Shown here one piece after another: positions 1 through 10,117 of a stretch of DNA of 64,000 nucleotides. The stretch is from Nitrospirota bacterium (GTDB taxonomy: Bacteria > Nitrospirota > UBA9217), in assembly GCA_963741205.1 (NCBI GenBank), contig CAVUHW010000026.1:32001-96000 (forward strand), in the 5' to 3' direction. The stretch's first letter is position 1, and each line of letters opens with the position of its first letter. The notes under the pieces are model-generated. The model was not told the DNA's origin, made no database searches, and saw only the letters and a program-made list of their open reading frames with translations. Both the position numbers and the translations under genes were made by a program.

Positions 1-221
1 GATACCGAGAAAGAGTTCTGTGTGCATGATCCTAACCTTGCATGTGGATTTTTGTCCTCTGATGAATAGTACGAGGATCAAGGGACTCAAAAAGGTGCAT
101 ATGGGTTAGCATTATAGTCAGAACATGCCTGATAGTCAATACTCATCGCGTCTGTGTGCGTCTGTGGCCTATTGAACAAGGGAAAACGCAGCGGAAAAAA
201 ATATGCGGTTCTTGTAAAAGG

Positions 222-230
222 TGCTATAAT
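222..230 (+). promoter_or_regulatory. extended -10 promoter element (TGnTATAAT) upstream of the PilZ gene
   Basis: tgctataat about 125 nt upstream of ATG 354; GGGGAGG RBS lies just before the start. Confidence 0.45.
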
Positions 231-353
231 GCAATCTAAAAAATCTGCCCCCCTTCGGGAAAAACTAAGAAGGCCATAGAAAGCGAGACGGGCAGACCGG
301 CGATCGATCGCCCGGGGGAACAGATTCATCAGGGAACGGGGAGGCATGACATC

Positions 354-1052
354 ATGCAGAATAAGAGATTGCATAAAAGATTCGATCTCATCGAAATTCA
401 GGGCAAGATGACCATGGCAAATAAAGTGGAAATCATGGACATCGGCCTCGGCGGAATTGCCGTCAAAGCGGATCGAAAGCTTGATGTCGGAAGGGAATTT
501 ACGATCAGACTCGGCGACAGGGGAAATGCGATCGATGTCAGGTGCATGGTAGTTCGTTCCACCCTGTCCGGGATGGAAAAAGGAGTCGACGGAGAAAACG
601 TCTTGATCTACGCGGCAGGCATGAAATTCATGCAAGGATCGGAAGATAAGATCAAGGCGTTTTTGGAATCGGTTGAGCCTCGCGCGAAGGCGGACGTATC
701 GCCGACGGCGGAGCGGAGGCGCACGGTCAGGTTCCAAATAACCGCTCCCCAGGAAAAATTGTTGCTCTATCCCGAGAATTTCAAGGTGCAAGACATCGAC
801 CTCGGCGGCATGCTCATCCTCGCGGATCAGTTCCTGGAAAAAGACAGCATGGTCCCTATGGCATTGCAACTCGATGATGAAAATAATCTCGATTTCATCG
901 GCCGGATTTTCTCATGCAGGAAAGCGGAAGAGAAAGGGCAGGCATTCTATGCGATACAGGTGACGTTCTCAGGCCTGATGGATAAGGACAGGGACATGCT
1001 AAAAACCTTCATAAGCTACCTGGTTACCAATCACAAAGAGGAAATATCGTAG
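354..1052 (+). CDS. tandem PilZ-domain protein (putative c-di-GMP receptor)
   Basis: two repeats, each with RxxxR (KRLHKRF; RRRTVRF) followed by a D-x-x-x-G-G motif (DIGLGG; DIDLGG); good RBS. Confidence 0.8.
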   Translation: MQNKRLHKRFDLIEIQGKMTMANKVEIMDIGLGGIAVKADRKLDVGREFTIRLGDRGNAIDVRCMVVRSTLSGMEKGVDGENVLIYAAGMKFMQGSEDKIKAFLESVEPRAKADVSPTAERRRTVRFQITAPQEKLLLYPENFKVQDIDLGGMLILADQFLEKDSMVPMALQLDDENNLDFIGRIFSCRKAEEKGQAFYAIQVTFSGLMDKDRDMLKTFISYLVTNHKEEIS

Positions 1053-1121
1053 TTTGTCATGTTCCGAGTTGGACGAGGCACCAGAGAGGACCGGTCCTGA
1101 CTCCGCCACCTGAATCGTTTT

Positions 1122-2183
1122 TTACCGCGGCACTACCGGATATTGGAATGCAGCATCCTCGACGCCCGAGAGCGCCTCGACAAGAAAGGTCCTGAGAAGC
1201 CTCTTTTCCTGACCGGTGAGTCCGAGAGGACTGACGACCGTGTTGCCCTTTCCCCCGCCCCCGTCGAAAAAATCGATTACCTCATCAAGCGTCTGGAAAA
1301 TGCCATTATGCATGTACGGCCCTGTCTTCGCTATTTCCCGCAGCGTCGGCGTCCTGAATGCCTTCCAATCTTTCCTGTCTTTCGTTATGAGGAACCTTCC
1401 AGGGTCCTCGGTCAAGTCCCGGTAGTCCTCGTAGCGATAGACCTTGGCCACGAATCGGCGCGTTGCTGCGATTCTCGGGTCGGACCGGTGCTCGGGGTTC
1501 TCGGGAACGTTCAAGGCATGGAACTTATCATCCGACAGGTTTACGCCGTAGTGGCATTCCCCACACCGCCCCTTTCCCGTGAATATCGCGAGCCCGGCCC
1601 TGGCGTCATCGGAGAGGGCCGCTCTTTCGCCTTTCAGGAAGCGGTCCAGCGGCGCGTCCACGGACAGGATCGTCCTCTCAAAGGCAGCGATGGCCATGGC
1701 GATCCTTTGGCGCGTGGGTTCGTCTCCGAACACCTTCCGGAAGGCGCCGACATACTCCGGTACGGACCGGATCACTTCCTCGAGAAAATCGAGGTTCCGG
1801 TTCATCTCGAAGGCCGACATCATGGGGAAGAGCGCCTGGTCCTCCAGGGTCAGGGCGCGTCCGTCATGAAAAAGATATTTCTGGAAGGCCACATTGACGA
1901 GCGTCGGCGCGTTTCGCCAGTTTCTCGTCGTAGGATAGCTGAGCGACAGTTCAAGGCCGTCGGTATAGGCCTTCTCCGGGTCGTGACAGGTGGCGCAGCT
2001 CATCGTGCCGTCGCCCGAAAGCCTCCGGTCGAAAAAAAGCTTCTTGCCCAACTCGATCTTTTCCGGCGTCTGAGGGTTCTGCGCGGGAATCGTAACAGAG
2101 CGGAGCGGTTCAAGGTCTCCAGCGAGCGTTGTACCCGCCAGAAGAGTCATAATTCCAAGCATTGCAATCACGCGCAACAGCAT
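1122..2183 (-). CDS. diheme cytochrome c peroxidase, bCcP/MauG superfamily, secreted
   Basis: signal peptide; LGKKLFFDRRLS, two CxxCH motifs (CATCH, CGECH), RNAPT, FRTPTLRE, PYMHNG. Confidence 0.9.
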   Translation of the reverse strand: MLLRVIAMLGIMTLLAGTTLAGDLEPLRSVTIPAQNPQTPEKIELGKKLFFDRRLSGDGTMSCATCHDPEKAYTDGLELSLSYPTTRNWRNAPTLVNVAFQKYLFHDGRALTLEDQALFPMMSAFEMNRNLDFLEEVIRSVPEYVGAFRKVFGDEPTRQRIAMAIAAFERTILSVDAPLDRFLKGERAALSDDARAGLAIFTGKGRCGECHYGVNLSDDKFHALNVPENPEHRSDPRIAATRRFVAKVYRYEDYRDLTEDPGRFLITKDRKDWKAFRTPTLREIAKTGPYMHNGIFQTLDEVIDFFDGGGGKGNTVVSPLGLTGQEKRLLRTFLVEALSGVEDAAFQYPVVPR

Positions 2184-2237
2184 GTTCCCGCCCTCCCTGC
2201 CCTTGCGGATTGACGCCCCCCATTCCGCAATTGGATA

Positions 2238-2825
2238 TCAGCGCTTCGCCGCCAGTTCCTCGTCGATGATTTTTTTGAAATATTCAAAGGGCAGTGCGCC
2301 GATGACTTTCCGCCCGTTTATGAAGAACGTGGGGGTGCTGTAAAGGTTCATGTCGACCGCAAGTTTTTCGTCCTGATCAATTTCCTTCGCATGCTTTTGG
2401 GTGTCCAGCGATTCGGTAAACTTTTTTACATTAAGCCCGAGCTTCCGCGCATAGGCGATGAGGTTCTTCCGGTCGAGCTTCGGAGACTGCTTAAGCATAA
2501 GATCGTGCATCTCCCAGTACTTGTCCTGGTCCCTCGCGGCGAGAGAGGCTTCAGCAGCCAGATGAGAGTAGTCGCGGTAAATGTAGGGATAGTTCTTGAT
2601 TACGAGCCGCACCTTGCCTTTATAGACCTCGGTGATCTTTTTGACGGTCGGACCGGCCGCCGCACAGTGCGGTCATTGGAAATCAAGAAATTCGATGATC
2701 GTCACAGGGGCATCGGCGGGTCCCATTGCCGGAGAGTCCCCAATAGGGACGGAATAGCGCTTCTCGTCCGCATGGGAATAACCGGCAAGGCACAAAAGCA
2801 GGATCACGAACGCTAGTCTTTTCAT
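2238..2825 (-). CDS. DsbA/thioredoxin-fold selenoprotein (UxxC); in-frame TGA at 2673-2675 read as Sec
   Basis: ORFs 2673..2882 and 2238..2612 are in one frame and join as IIEFLDFQ-U-PHC-AAAGPTVKKITEVYKGKVRLVIKNYP...STPTFFING; signal peptide from ATG 2825 with GGAG RBS; selA and selB are in the same window. Confidence 0.9.
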
Positions 2826-2896
2826 GAAGGGACTCCTTTGATTGAAAGAAAAAAAGCCCATTTGCAGTATTTTGAACCACAAATGGGCTTTCTCAA

Positions 2897-2925
2897 AGTA
2901 TAAACAGCACGTCGTAGTATGTCAA
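2897..2925 (-). promoter_or_regulatory. sigma70-type promoter for the DsbA-peroxidase pair
   Basis: TTGACA-17 nt-TATACT on the minus strand. Confidence 0.6.
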
Positions 2926-2934
2926 GGAACCCTG

Positions 2935-4914
2935 TTACGCCATGCGCCCCTTCACGAGGCTTTCCACAACAGACGGATCGGCGAGCGTCGACGTATCGCC
3001 CAGTTCCTCAACCTGGTTGTGGGCGATCTTGCGGAGGATGCGGCGCATGATCTTGCCGCTCCGCGTCTTCGGGAGTCCGGGCGCGAACTGGATCTTGTCC
3101 GGCGTGGCGATCGGGCCGATGACGGATCGCACATGGCCTGCAAGGATTTTCTTGAGCTCGTCCGAGGGCTTATGACCGTCCTTCAGGGTCACGTAAACGT
3201 AGATGCCTTCGCCCTTGATGTCGTGCGGGTAGCCGACCACGGCCGCCTCGGCGACCGCCTCGTGGCTGACCAGCGCGGACTCCACCTCGGCCGTGCCGAG
3301 CCGGTGGCCCGAGACGTTGATGACGTCGTCGACGCGTCCCATGAGCCAGTAGTCGCCGTCCTCATCAAAGCGCGCTCCGTCTCCGGTAAAGTACTTGCCG
3401 GGGAACCGGCTGAAATAGACCTCTTTGATGCGCTTGTTCTCCGGATCGCCGTAAGTACCCCGCAGCATGCCGGGCCAGGGTTTATTGATGCAGAGGTAGC
3501 CGCCTTCGTTCGCGCCTGGCCGGCGAACCATCCTCTTTTACCACCTGCGGCACGACCCCCGGGAACGGTTGCGTTGCCGAACCGGGCTTGGCGGTAATAG
3601 CGCCGGGAAGCCCCGTGATCAGGATCCCGCCGGTCTCGGTCTGCCACCAGGTATCCACGATCGGGATTTTTTCCTTGCCGATATTTTTGTGATACCACAT
3701 CCAGGCCTCGGGGTTGATCGGCTCTCCCACGGTCCCCAGGACCTTGATGGAGGACAGGTCGTGTTTCTCCACCCATTTCTCGCCTTCCTTCATGAGCGCG
3801 CGGATGGCCGTAGGCGCGGTGTAGAAGATGTTGACCCGGTGCTTGTCCACGATGTCCCAGAACCTTCCGGCATTCGGGTATGTGGGGATGCCCTCGAACA
3901 TGAGCGAAGTGGCGCCTGCGGAAAGCGGCCCGTACACGATATAACTGTGTCCGGTCACCCACCCGATGTCGGCGGTGCAGAAATGGATGTCTTCTTCATG
4001 GTAGTCGAAGATCCACTTGAAGGTGAGGTTCGTATAGAGCAAGTAGCCTGCCGTCGTGTGGAGCACGCCTTTGGGCTTGCCCGTGGAGCCCGACGTATAG
4101 AGGATAAAGAGCGGGTCTTCCGCATCCATCTTCTCGGGCTCGCAGTAGAGGGCGATGTCGGGGGCGTTCATTTCCTCGTGCCACCAGGAGTCCCTGCCCG
4201 GCTCCAGGCTGACCTTGCCCGTGCACGCGTGCTGCACCACGATGACGTTCTTGACCGTGGGGCATTCGTTGAGGGCCTCGTCCGCGTTGGTCTTCAAGGG
4301 CACGAAGCGGCCGCCGCGCACGCCTTCATCCGCGGTAATGAGCAGCTGGACTGGCAGTCCTGGATGCGGTCCATGAGCGACTTGGAGGAGAACCCGCCGA
4401 ACACGATCGAGTGGATCGCGCCGATCCGGGCGCAGGCGAGCATGGCGATCGGAAGCTCGGGTATCATCGGAAGGTAGATCGTGACCCGGTCGCCCTTCTT
4501 GATGCCTTTTTTCTTCAGAACGTTCGCAAACTTATTGACCTCGTAGTACATCTGCTGGTACGTGTAGGTCCGGTACTCCCCGCCGTCGGCTTCCCAGATG
4601 ATGGCCGCCTTGTTGCGCGTGGGCGTATTGATGTAGCGGTCCAGGCAGTTCACCGAGACGTTGAGTTTGCCGCCGGCGAACCACTTGATGTAAGGCTTCT
4701 GGAAGTCATAGTCCAGGACTTTGTCCCATTTCTTGTACCACGTCAGGTTCTTCTCCGCCATTTCCCCCCAGAATTTGTCCGGGTCGTCGACGGACTGCTT
4801 GTAGATCTTTTCATATTCCTTCATGCTCTTGATGTGGGCCTTTTCACTGAACGCCTTTGACGGGGGGAAGGTTCTCTTCTCCGTCGAAAGTACCTGGATG
4901 TTGTCACTAGCCAT
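2935..4914 (-). CDS. acs: acetyl-CoA synthetase (two frameshifts near 4320 and 3520, probably sequencing errors)
   Basis: three contiguous fragments with [18 protein letters not shown] and [11 protein letters not shown]; AAGGAGG RBS. Confidence 0.93.
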
Positions 4915-4959
4915 TCTTGTTATTCCTCCTTATGTAAGATGACGACAGAGCCCGGATCA

Positions 4960-4988
4960 AGCTTACACAAAAAACGCCTGCCTGTCAA
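4960..4988 (-). promoter_or_regulatory. sigma70-type promoter for acs
   Basis: TTGACA-17 nt-TAAGCT on the minus strand, about 45 nt upstream of the ATG. Confidence 0.55.
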
Positions 4989-5149
4989 AGGCGTAAGTCC
5001 GCTCCGGTGTCCGTTTTGCTCTCTGCTTCCCAGCGGACGATCCCGAACCCGTAACGTTTCAACCGCGAAGGCGAAGGGTTCCCCGGCGCAAGTCCCGGTC
5101 TCAGCGGGATGTAAATCAACGCGACGCGGCTGCCCGGTTCAAACCACAT

Positions 5150-5213
5150 AAAAGAAGCGAACCGACGAACGGCGCCGGGGATCCTCTCCCCGTCCGCCGC
5201 TCACCGGTTCACT
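5150..5213 (-). terminator. probable intrinsic terminator after actP
   Basis: long imperfect hairpin GAACCGGTGAGCGGCG...CGCCGTTCGTCGGTTC followed by GCTTCTTTT. Confidence 0.5.
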
Positions 5214-5246
5214 GAGATTCACTGCCTGCTGCATGAGGTTCGACGG

Positions 5247-7037
5247 CTATTCCGCTCCGATACCCACGTACTCCCTGACCTTCTCGGCGTCAAACTTCTC
5301 CTGCGCCTCTTTGTCCGGCGCCAAAAGCGAAATGAGAATACCCATCAGGAACGCGGCGGCCATGGAATAGATACCGGGGTTCTTCAACGGGAAGATGGCC
5401 TTCGGCATGGCCGCGGCTGCGTCCTTCTTCTTCGCCGCAAGCTGCTCCTTCTCCGCTGTCTTTGCGGCGATGGATGCCTGCAGGTCCGCGTTCTTCTTCT
5501 CGGCGGCGGGTTTTTCTTTCTTCTTAAGCTTTGCGATCGCATCGGCGCTGATGATCTGCTTCTGCAGCTCGGCGATCTGCGGGTCGATGGCGGCCGCGGC
5601 TGTATCGATCTCCTTGATCTGGGCCTGGACCTTCGCCACATCGTCCTTGTGCACGATATCGAGCCACACGGTGGGGCTCAGGATGAGGAGCACGACCGCG
5701 ACAATGAGGCCGGTATAGATGCTCATCACCGCCCCATAGGTCGTGAACTTCTTCCACATGATCGACATGAGGAGCGCAGGGAAGTTCGCGCTGGCGGCGA
5801 TCGCGAAGGTGAGGCCGACCAGGAAGGCGACGTTCTGTCCCTTGAACAGGATGCCCAGAAGGATCGCGGTCGCGCCGAGAGCGACGGTTGCGATCTTCGC
5901 CACCTTCACCTCTTCCTTCTCATTGGCGACCCCGCGCCGGATCACGCCCACGTAAAGGTCATGGGAAAGGGCCGACGCGCCGGCCAGGGTGAGACCGGAG
6001 ACCACGGCGAGGATCGTGGCAAAGGCCACCGCGGACAGGAAGCCGAGGAAGACGTTCCCGCCGAGCGCCTCGGCCAGAAGCGGGCCGGCCATGTTGCCGC
6101 CCTTGTCGATGCCCATGATGACCTTCTGGCCCACGAGCACTGCGGCGCCGAAGCCGATCGTCACGGTAAGGATGTAGAAGTAGCCGATGAACCCGGTTGC
6201 GTAGAACACGGACTTGCGGGCCGCTTTCGCGTCAGGCACGGTGTAGAACCGCATCAGGATGTGCGGCAGGCCGGCGGTTCCGAACATGAGGGCAAGCCCC
6301 AGCGAGAATGCGTCAATGGGGCTGGTAACCAGACCGCCCGGTTCGAGGAATTTCTGGCCCAAGGGCGTGGCGACAGCCGCCTGTTTGAAGAGCTCGCCGT
6401 AGCTGAATCCGAACTTGTTCAGGGTCAGGATGACGAGGAGCGTTGCGCCGCCCAAAAGCAGCCCGGCCTTGATGATCTGGACCCACGTCGTGGCGATCAT
6501 GCCGCCGAAGATCACGTAGGAGATCATGAGAGCGCCGGTGATCACGATGGCCAGTTCGAAAGGCAGGCCGAACATGAGCTTGATCAGCGTGCCGGCGCCC
6601 ACCATCTGTGCGATGAGGTAGGTGAGCACGACGACCAGCGACCCGGCGGCCGCGGCCGCGCGAATGGGCCTCTGCTGCAGCCGGAAGGCGACGACATCGG
6701 CAAAGGTGTACTTGCCGAGGTTCCGGAGGGGCTCCGAGATCAGGAACATGATGATCGGCCATCCCACGAGCCAGCCCACGGAGTAGATGAGGCCGTCATA
6801 CCCCTTGGTGGACACGAGGCCCGCGATGCCCAAAAACGATGCCGCGCTCATGTAGTCGCCCGCGAGGGCGAGTCCGTTCTGGAAGCCGGTGATGCTTCTG
6901 CCGGCGGCGTAGAAATCTTTTGTGGTCCTTGTCCTTTTGGCCGCCCACCAGGTGATGAGCAGGGTGGAAATAACGAAGGCGACAAAGAACCCGATTGCAA
7001 CGGGATTGGCCTGTCCAATGATTGTTGTCTGCGGCAT
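5247..7037 (-). CDS. actP: cation/acetate symporter ActP (SSS family)
   Basis: [17 protein letters not shown] and [12 protein letters not shown] motifs; lies between DUF485 and acs. Confidence 0.93.
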   Translation of the reverse strand: MPQTTIIGQANPVAIGFFVAFVISTLLITWWAAKRTRTTKDFYAAGRSITGFQNGLALAGDYMSAASFLGIAGLVSTKGYDGLIYSVGWLVGWPIIMFLISEPLRNLGKYTFADVVAFRLQQRPIRAAAAAGSLVVVLTYLIAQMVGAGTLIKLMFGLPFELAIVITGALMISYVIFGGMIATTWVQIIKAGLLLGGATLLVILTLNKFGFSYGELFKQAAVATPLGQKFLEPGGLVTSPIDAFSLGLALMFGTAGLPHILMRFYTVPDAKAARKSVFYATGFIGYFYILTVTIGFGAAVLVGQKVIMGIDKGGNMAGPLLAEALGGNVFLGFLSAVAFATILAVVSGLTLAGASALSHDLYVGVIRRGVANEKEEVKVAKIATVALGATAILLGILFKGQNVAFLVGLTFAIAASANFPALLMSIMWKKFTTYGAVMSIYTGLIVAVVLLILSPTVWLDIVHKDDVAKVQAQIKEIDTAAAAIDPQIAELQKQIISADAIAKLKKKEKPAAEKKNADLQASIAAKTAEKEQLAAKKKDAAAAMPKAIFPLKNPGIYSMAAAFLMGILISLLAPDKEAQEKFDAEKVREYVGIGAE

Positions 7038-7038
7038 G

Positions 7039-7350
7039 TTATCCTCCTACCTTTGCTATGACTTTTTTGACGAGCTCGTCATACTTCACATTGGCCCACC
7101 AGATGTAAATGCCCGTAAATACCCACGATCCCAGGATGGTCCCGACGGCAATGGGGATCCCGATCGTGGCCGCCCCGTCCGCGCTCATTTTCTGCGCGAG
7201 AAACGGCTTGTTGTACGCGATCAGGGCAATGAACCCGAAATACAGCACCAGTTCCAGTATCGTCAAGATGATCGAAATGGTGTTCTTCTGGCTGGATAAC
7301 TGCAGGAAATCCGGGTCGCTTAAGATGTCTTCCTTTTTTAATTTTGCCAT
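7039..7350 (-). CDS. DUF485 (YjcH-like) membrane protein
   Basis: two TM segments, [10 protein letters not shown] motif, directly upstream of actP. Confidence 0.85.
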   Translation of the reverse strand: MAKLKKEDILSDPDFLQLSSQKNTISIILTILELVLYFGFIALIAYNKPFLAQKMSADGAATIGIPIAVGTILGSWVFTGIYIWWANVKYDELVKKVIAKVGG

Positions 7351-7385
7351 GCTTCATCCTCCTTGTGGTTATTTAGTGACGTGCG

Positions 7386-8099
7386 CTAAAAGTTGCTGAA
7401 TACGCTGGTCAGTTTGAAATTATCACCCCCTTTAAATGGAATTCCTATGCGTAAAAGGTTCCCAAGGTCATGAACACCCGCCTCGGCGAGGAGCGGAATT
7501 AACCGCTGAAACAACTGCGCCGTGGTGAACGCATCCATGACCGCATTGTGCGCCCCGTTTACCGCGATATCAAAGCACTTGACGATTTCGTGCAGCCGGA
7601 ATCCGGGGTGCGACGTGGCGGCGTAATCGGGGCACTTGTCCCGTTTCCTCAGCCATTCGTAGATGCTGAAGGTGTCCAGTGCCGGGTTCGGGATTTCAGT
7701 CCCCCGGATCCGCATCATGTCCCGATTGAGGAAACTGAGGTCAATCGAGATGAAGTGGCCCACGAGCACGGCTTCGCCGCAGAACTCCAGAAATTCTCCG
7801 AGCACGGCGTCGATGACCGGTTTCGACTCCACCTCCGACGGCGTGATTTCGTGGATCACCACGCTGGCCGCCGATAATTCGGTGCGCGGGCTGACGACCC
7901 GGTAAAACGTGTCCCCGAGGCCAATGCTCCCGCCGATCATGCGGACCGCGCCGATGGAGACGATGGAGTCCCTCTTCTCGTCAAGACCGGTCAGTTCCGT
8001 ATCCACGACCACGTATCGCGCGTCCGAGATCGGCGTCTTCTCGTCGATCGCCGCTGTTTTCTTTCTTTTTCTCTTGAACAGTCCCAACATAGATTCCAT
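7386..8099 (-). CDS. DEDDh 3'-5' exonuclease-fold protein (DNA Pol III epsilon-like)
   Basis: VVVDTELTGLD, GHFISIDLSFL and HNAVMDA motifs. Confidence 0.88.
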   Translation of the reverse strand: MESMLGLFKRKRKKTAAIDEKTPISDARYVVVDTELTGLDEKRDSIVSIGAVRMIGGSIGLGDTFYRVVSPRTELSAASVVIHEITPSEVESKPVIDAVLGEFLEFCGEAVLVGHFISIDLSFLNRDMMRIRGTEIPNPALDTFSIYEWLRKRDKCPDYAATSHPGFRLHEIVKCFDIAVNGAHNAVMDAFTTAQLFQRLIPLLAEAGVHDLGNLLRIGIPFKGGDNFKLTSVFSNF

Positions 8100-8175
8100 C
8101 GTCAGTCGTAGTCATCAGTCGTCGGTCGAATGATTCACTTGAATAGAGACTATTGACCGACTGACTATCGACTTT
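8100..8175. repeat. inverted array of degenerate heptamers (AGTCRTC ... GACTAT)
   Basis: agtcgtagtcatcagtcgtcggtc followed by gactattgaccgactgactatcgact in the intergenic gap. Confidence 0.55.
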
Positions 8176-8176
8176 C

Positions 8177-10117
8177 CTACCAGATAAGCGATTTGTACCG
8201 TTCGATGATCATGTCCTGTATCTTCGTGATGAGATGGAACGCATCTTTGATCGATCGTTTCTCCAGATTGCTCAGCCGTTTCGGATTGATGAAATTATCG
8301 GGAGCCTCTCCCGCGCTGAGCTGCCTGAACTGGTGGTGGATCCTGAGGAGCATGATGAACTCGAAGGCTTGCTCGAGGTCGTCGGCGTACTCCTCGACGA
8401 TCGTGTGGAGCGGCCTTAGCGTCTCGATCCGCTCGAGCGTCGATGTCTCGTGGATCCCTTTCTCGAGCGCAAAGAGCCGGACGATGTCCACCAGCGGCGC
8501 CAGCCCCTTGACCTTGAGGTTGAGCAAGTCCTTGTGCTCCCCGCCCTTTTCCACCACAAAGGACTTGAAGAACCCGATGGGCGGCCTGTTCTTGATCGCC
8601 ATGTTGGCGAGATAGCCCAGAAACACCCTCTTGTCCCGGAGAAGGGCGTTCAGATCGTCCCGGAGCGTCTCGGCAAGAGTAATGTCGCCGAACATGGGTC
8701 GAAAGTCAAAAAAAGTCACCGAGTGCAGCACCGCGTCCGGCGTGGGCGTATCGATCCACGATGAAAAATATTTTCTCCACACCTTGAGCGGCTGGCGCCA
8801 GAGGGGATTGGCCGCCATGTAATTCGCAGGACAAAGCGGGACGCAGCAGTGGAGGAGCCCGTCCCTAACATCCTCGGCAAACGACGCGAAATAGCTGTCA
8901 GCCGCCTCCGCTTCCTCATTTGACGCCGGGTCCGCATAGATGATGGCGTTGTCCTGGTCGGTCTTGAAGGTCTGTTCCTTGCGGCCCTCGCTTCCAAAAA
9001 CGATCCAGCAATAGGGAACGGGCGGTTTGCCGTGTTTTCGTTCTGTGATTTCGAGGACTTTCCGCACGAGCCGATCGTTGACTTCGGTTATGATCTTTGT
9101 GATATTGCTCGCCTTTGCCCCTTCCTTGAGCAGAAGGCCCACGATGCCGTTGATCTTTTTCGAGACCGGGACGAGCCCTTCGACGGTCTGCTGGCTCTCT
9201 ATGTCCTTCGTAAGGGACAGAGGCGACGTCCCTTGCAGCATCATGAGGTCGTGGTTCGTGATCACGCCGGTGAGCTTGCCGTCCTTGATCACGAGGATGT
9301 GGTGGATATTGTACTTGATCATCCGGAGCACGGCTTCGAAGCAATAATCCTGCGCATCCACCCTGATCAGAGACGTGCTCATGATGTTCTTGACCGGTTC
9401 GTCCACGTTTCGTCCGCGAGACACGACCTTCTCGCGGAGGTCCCGGTCGGTCACCACGCCGACGGGAATATTGTTCCCGCTCATGATGACAACGGAACTT
9501 ATCCTTTTCTCGGTCATGATGGCAGCCGCCTCACGGATCGTCGCGTCCTCCTGCGTGGAGATGATGTCCTTGACGCCCATGTCCCCTACCCTCGTCGTAA
9601 ACAGGAGGCGGTCGCTCCCGCCGTAGAACATGCTCTTGTCCTGCATTTCGCGACTGGTCCGGTCGATGTACATCGAGACGTGCGATTTCAGGAAATACTC
9701 GGTGAAGGAAAGCTGGGCGTCCATGAGTTTTATGAGCATCTCCTTCCTGAGGAGGTAGCAGATCGTGTCGTCCACAGCCGAAACATTCGCCCGCACGCGG
9801 TGCTTGCCGATCATCGAGAGGAAGCCGAAGGTGTCGCCCTCGCCGCGGTAGTCAATCACCAATTCGCCGCCCTCGTCCGAGACCATAGAGAGCTTGACCC
9901 CGCCCTTCTTAATGATGCGGATTGATTCGCTCGGCGGGTCGTCCTGTTTCATGATCAACATGCCCTTGGGATAGAACTCCATGGACACGTTGCCGGCAAC
10001 TGCCTGAAGGTTCTCGTCGTCGAGGAACTGGAAGGGCGGCACTTTCTTGAGGAAAGCTACAACCTCGTCGATAATTATGTCATGACCGGCTTGATTTGAA
10101 CCAGGTAGGGACCTCAT
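8177..10117 (-). CDS. cNMP-binding + CBS pair + DUF294 nucleotidyltransferase-like protein
   Basis: N-terminal cNMP domain, two CBS domains, GSEGRKEQTFKTDQDN NTase motif, DUF294_C region; start placed at ATG 10117. Confidence 0.9.
   Translation of the reverse strand: MRSLPGSNQAGHDIIIDEVVAFLKKVPPFQFLDDENLQAVAGNVSMEFYPKGMLIMKQDDPPSESIRIIKKGGVKLSMVSDEGGELVIDYRGEGDTFGFLSMIGKHRVRANVSAVDDTICYLLRKEMLIKLMDAQLSFTEYFLKSHVSMYIDRTSREMQDKSMFYGGSDRLLFTTRVGDMGVKDIISTQEDATIREAAAIMTEKRISSVVIMSGNNIPVGVVTDRDLREKVVSRGRNVDEPVKNIMSTSLIRVDAQDYCFEAVLRMIKYNIHHILVIKDGKLTGVITNHDLMMLQGTSPLSLTKDIESQQTVEGLVPVSKKINGIVGLLLKEGAKASNITKIITEVNDRLVRKVLEITERKHGKPPVPYCWIVFGSEGRKEQTFKTDQDNAIIYADPASNEEAEAADSYFASFAEDVRDGLLHCCVPLCPANYMAANPLWRQPLKVWRKYFSSWIDTPTPDAVLHSVTFFDFRPMFGDITLAETLRDDLNALLRDKRVFLGYLANMAIKNRPPIGFFKSFVVEKGGEHKDLLNLKVKGLAPLVDIVRLFALEKGIHETSTLERIETLRPLHTIVEEYADDLEQAFEFIMLLRIHHQFRQLSAGEAPDNFINPKRLSNLEKRSIKDAFHLITKIQDMIIERYKSLIW

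Noticed and set aside
244-296. Stem-loop upstream of the PilZ gene as a c-di-GMP riboswitch
   Set aside because: TCTGCCC/GGGCAGA can pair, but the GGCAAAC...GAAA...GACGCAAA consensus of c-di-GMP-I is absent.
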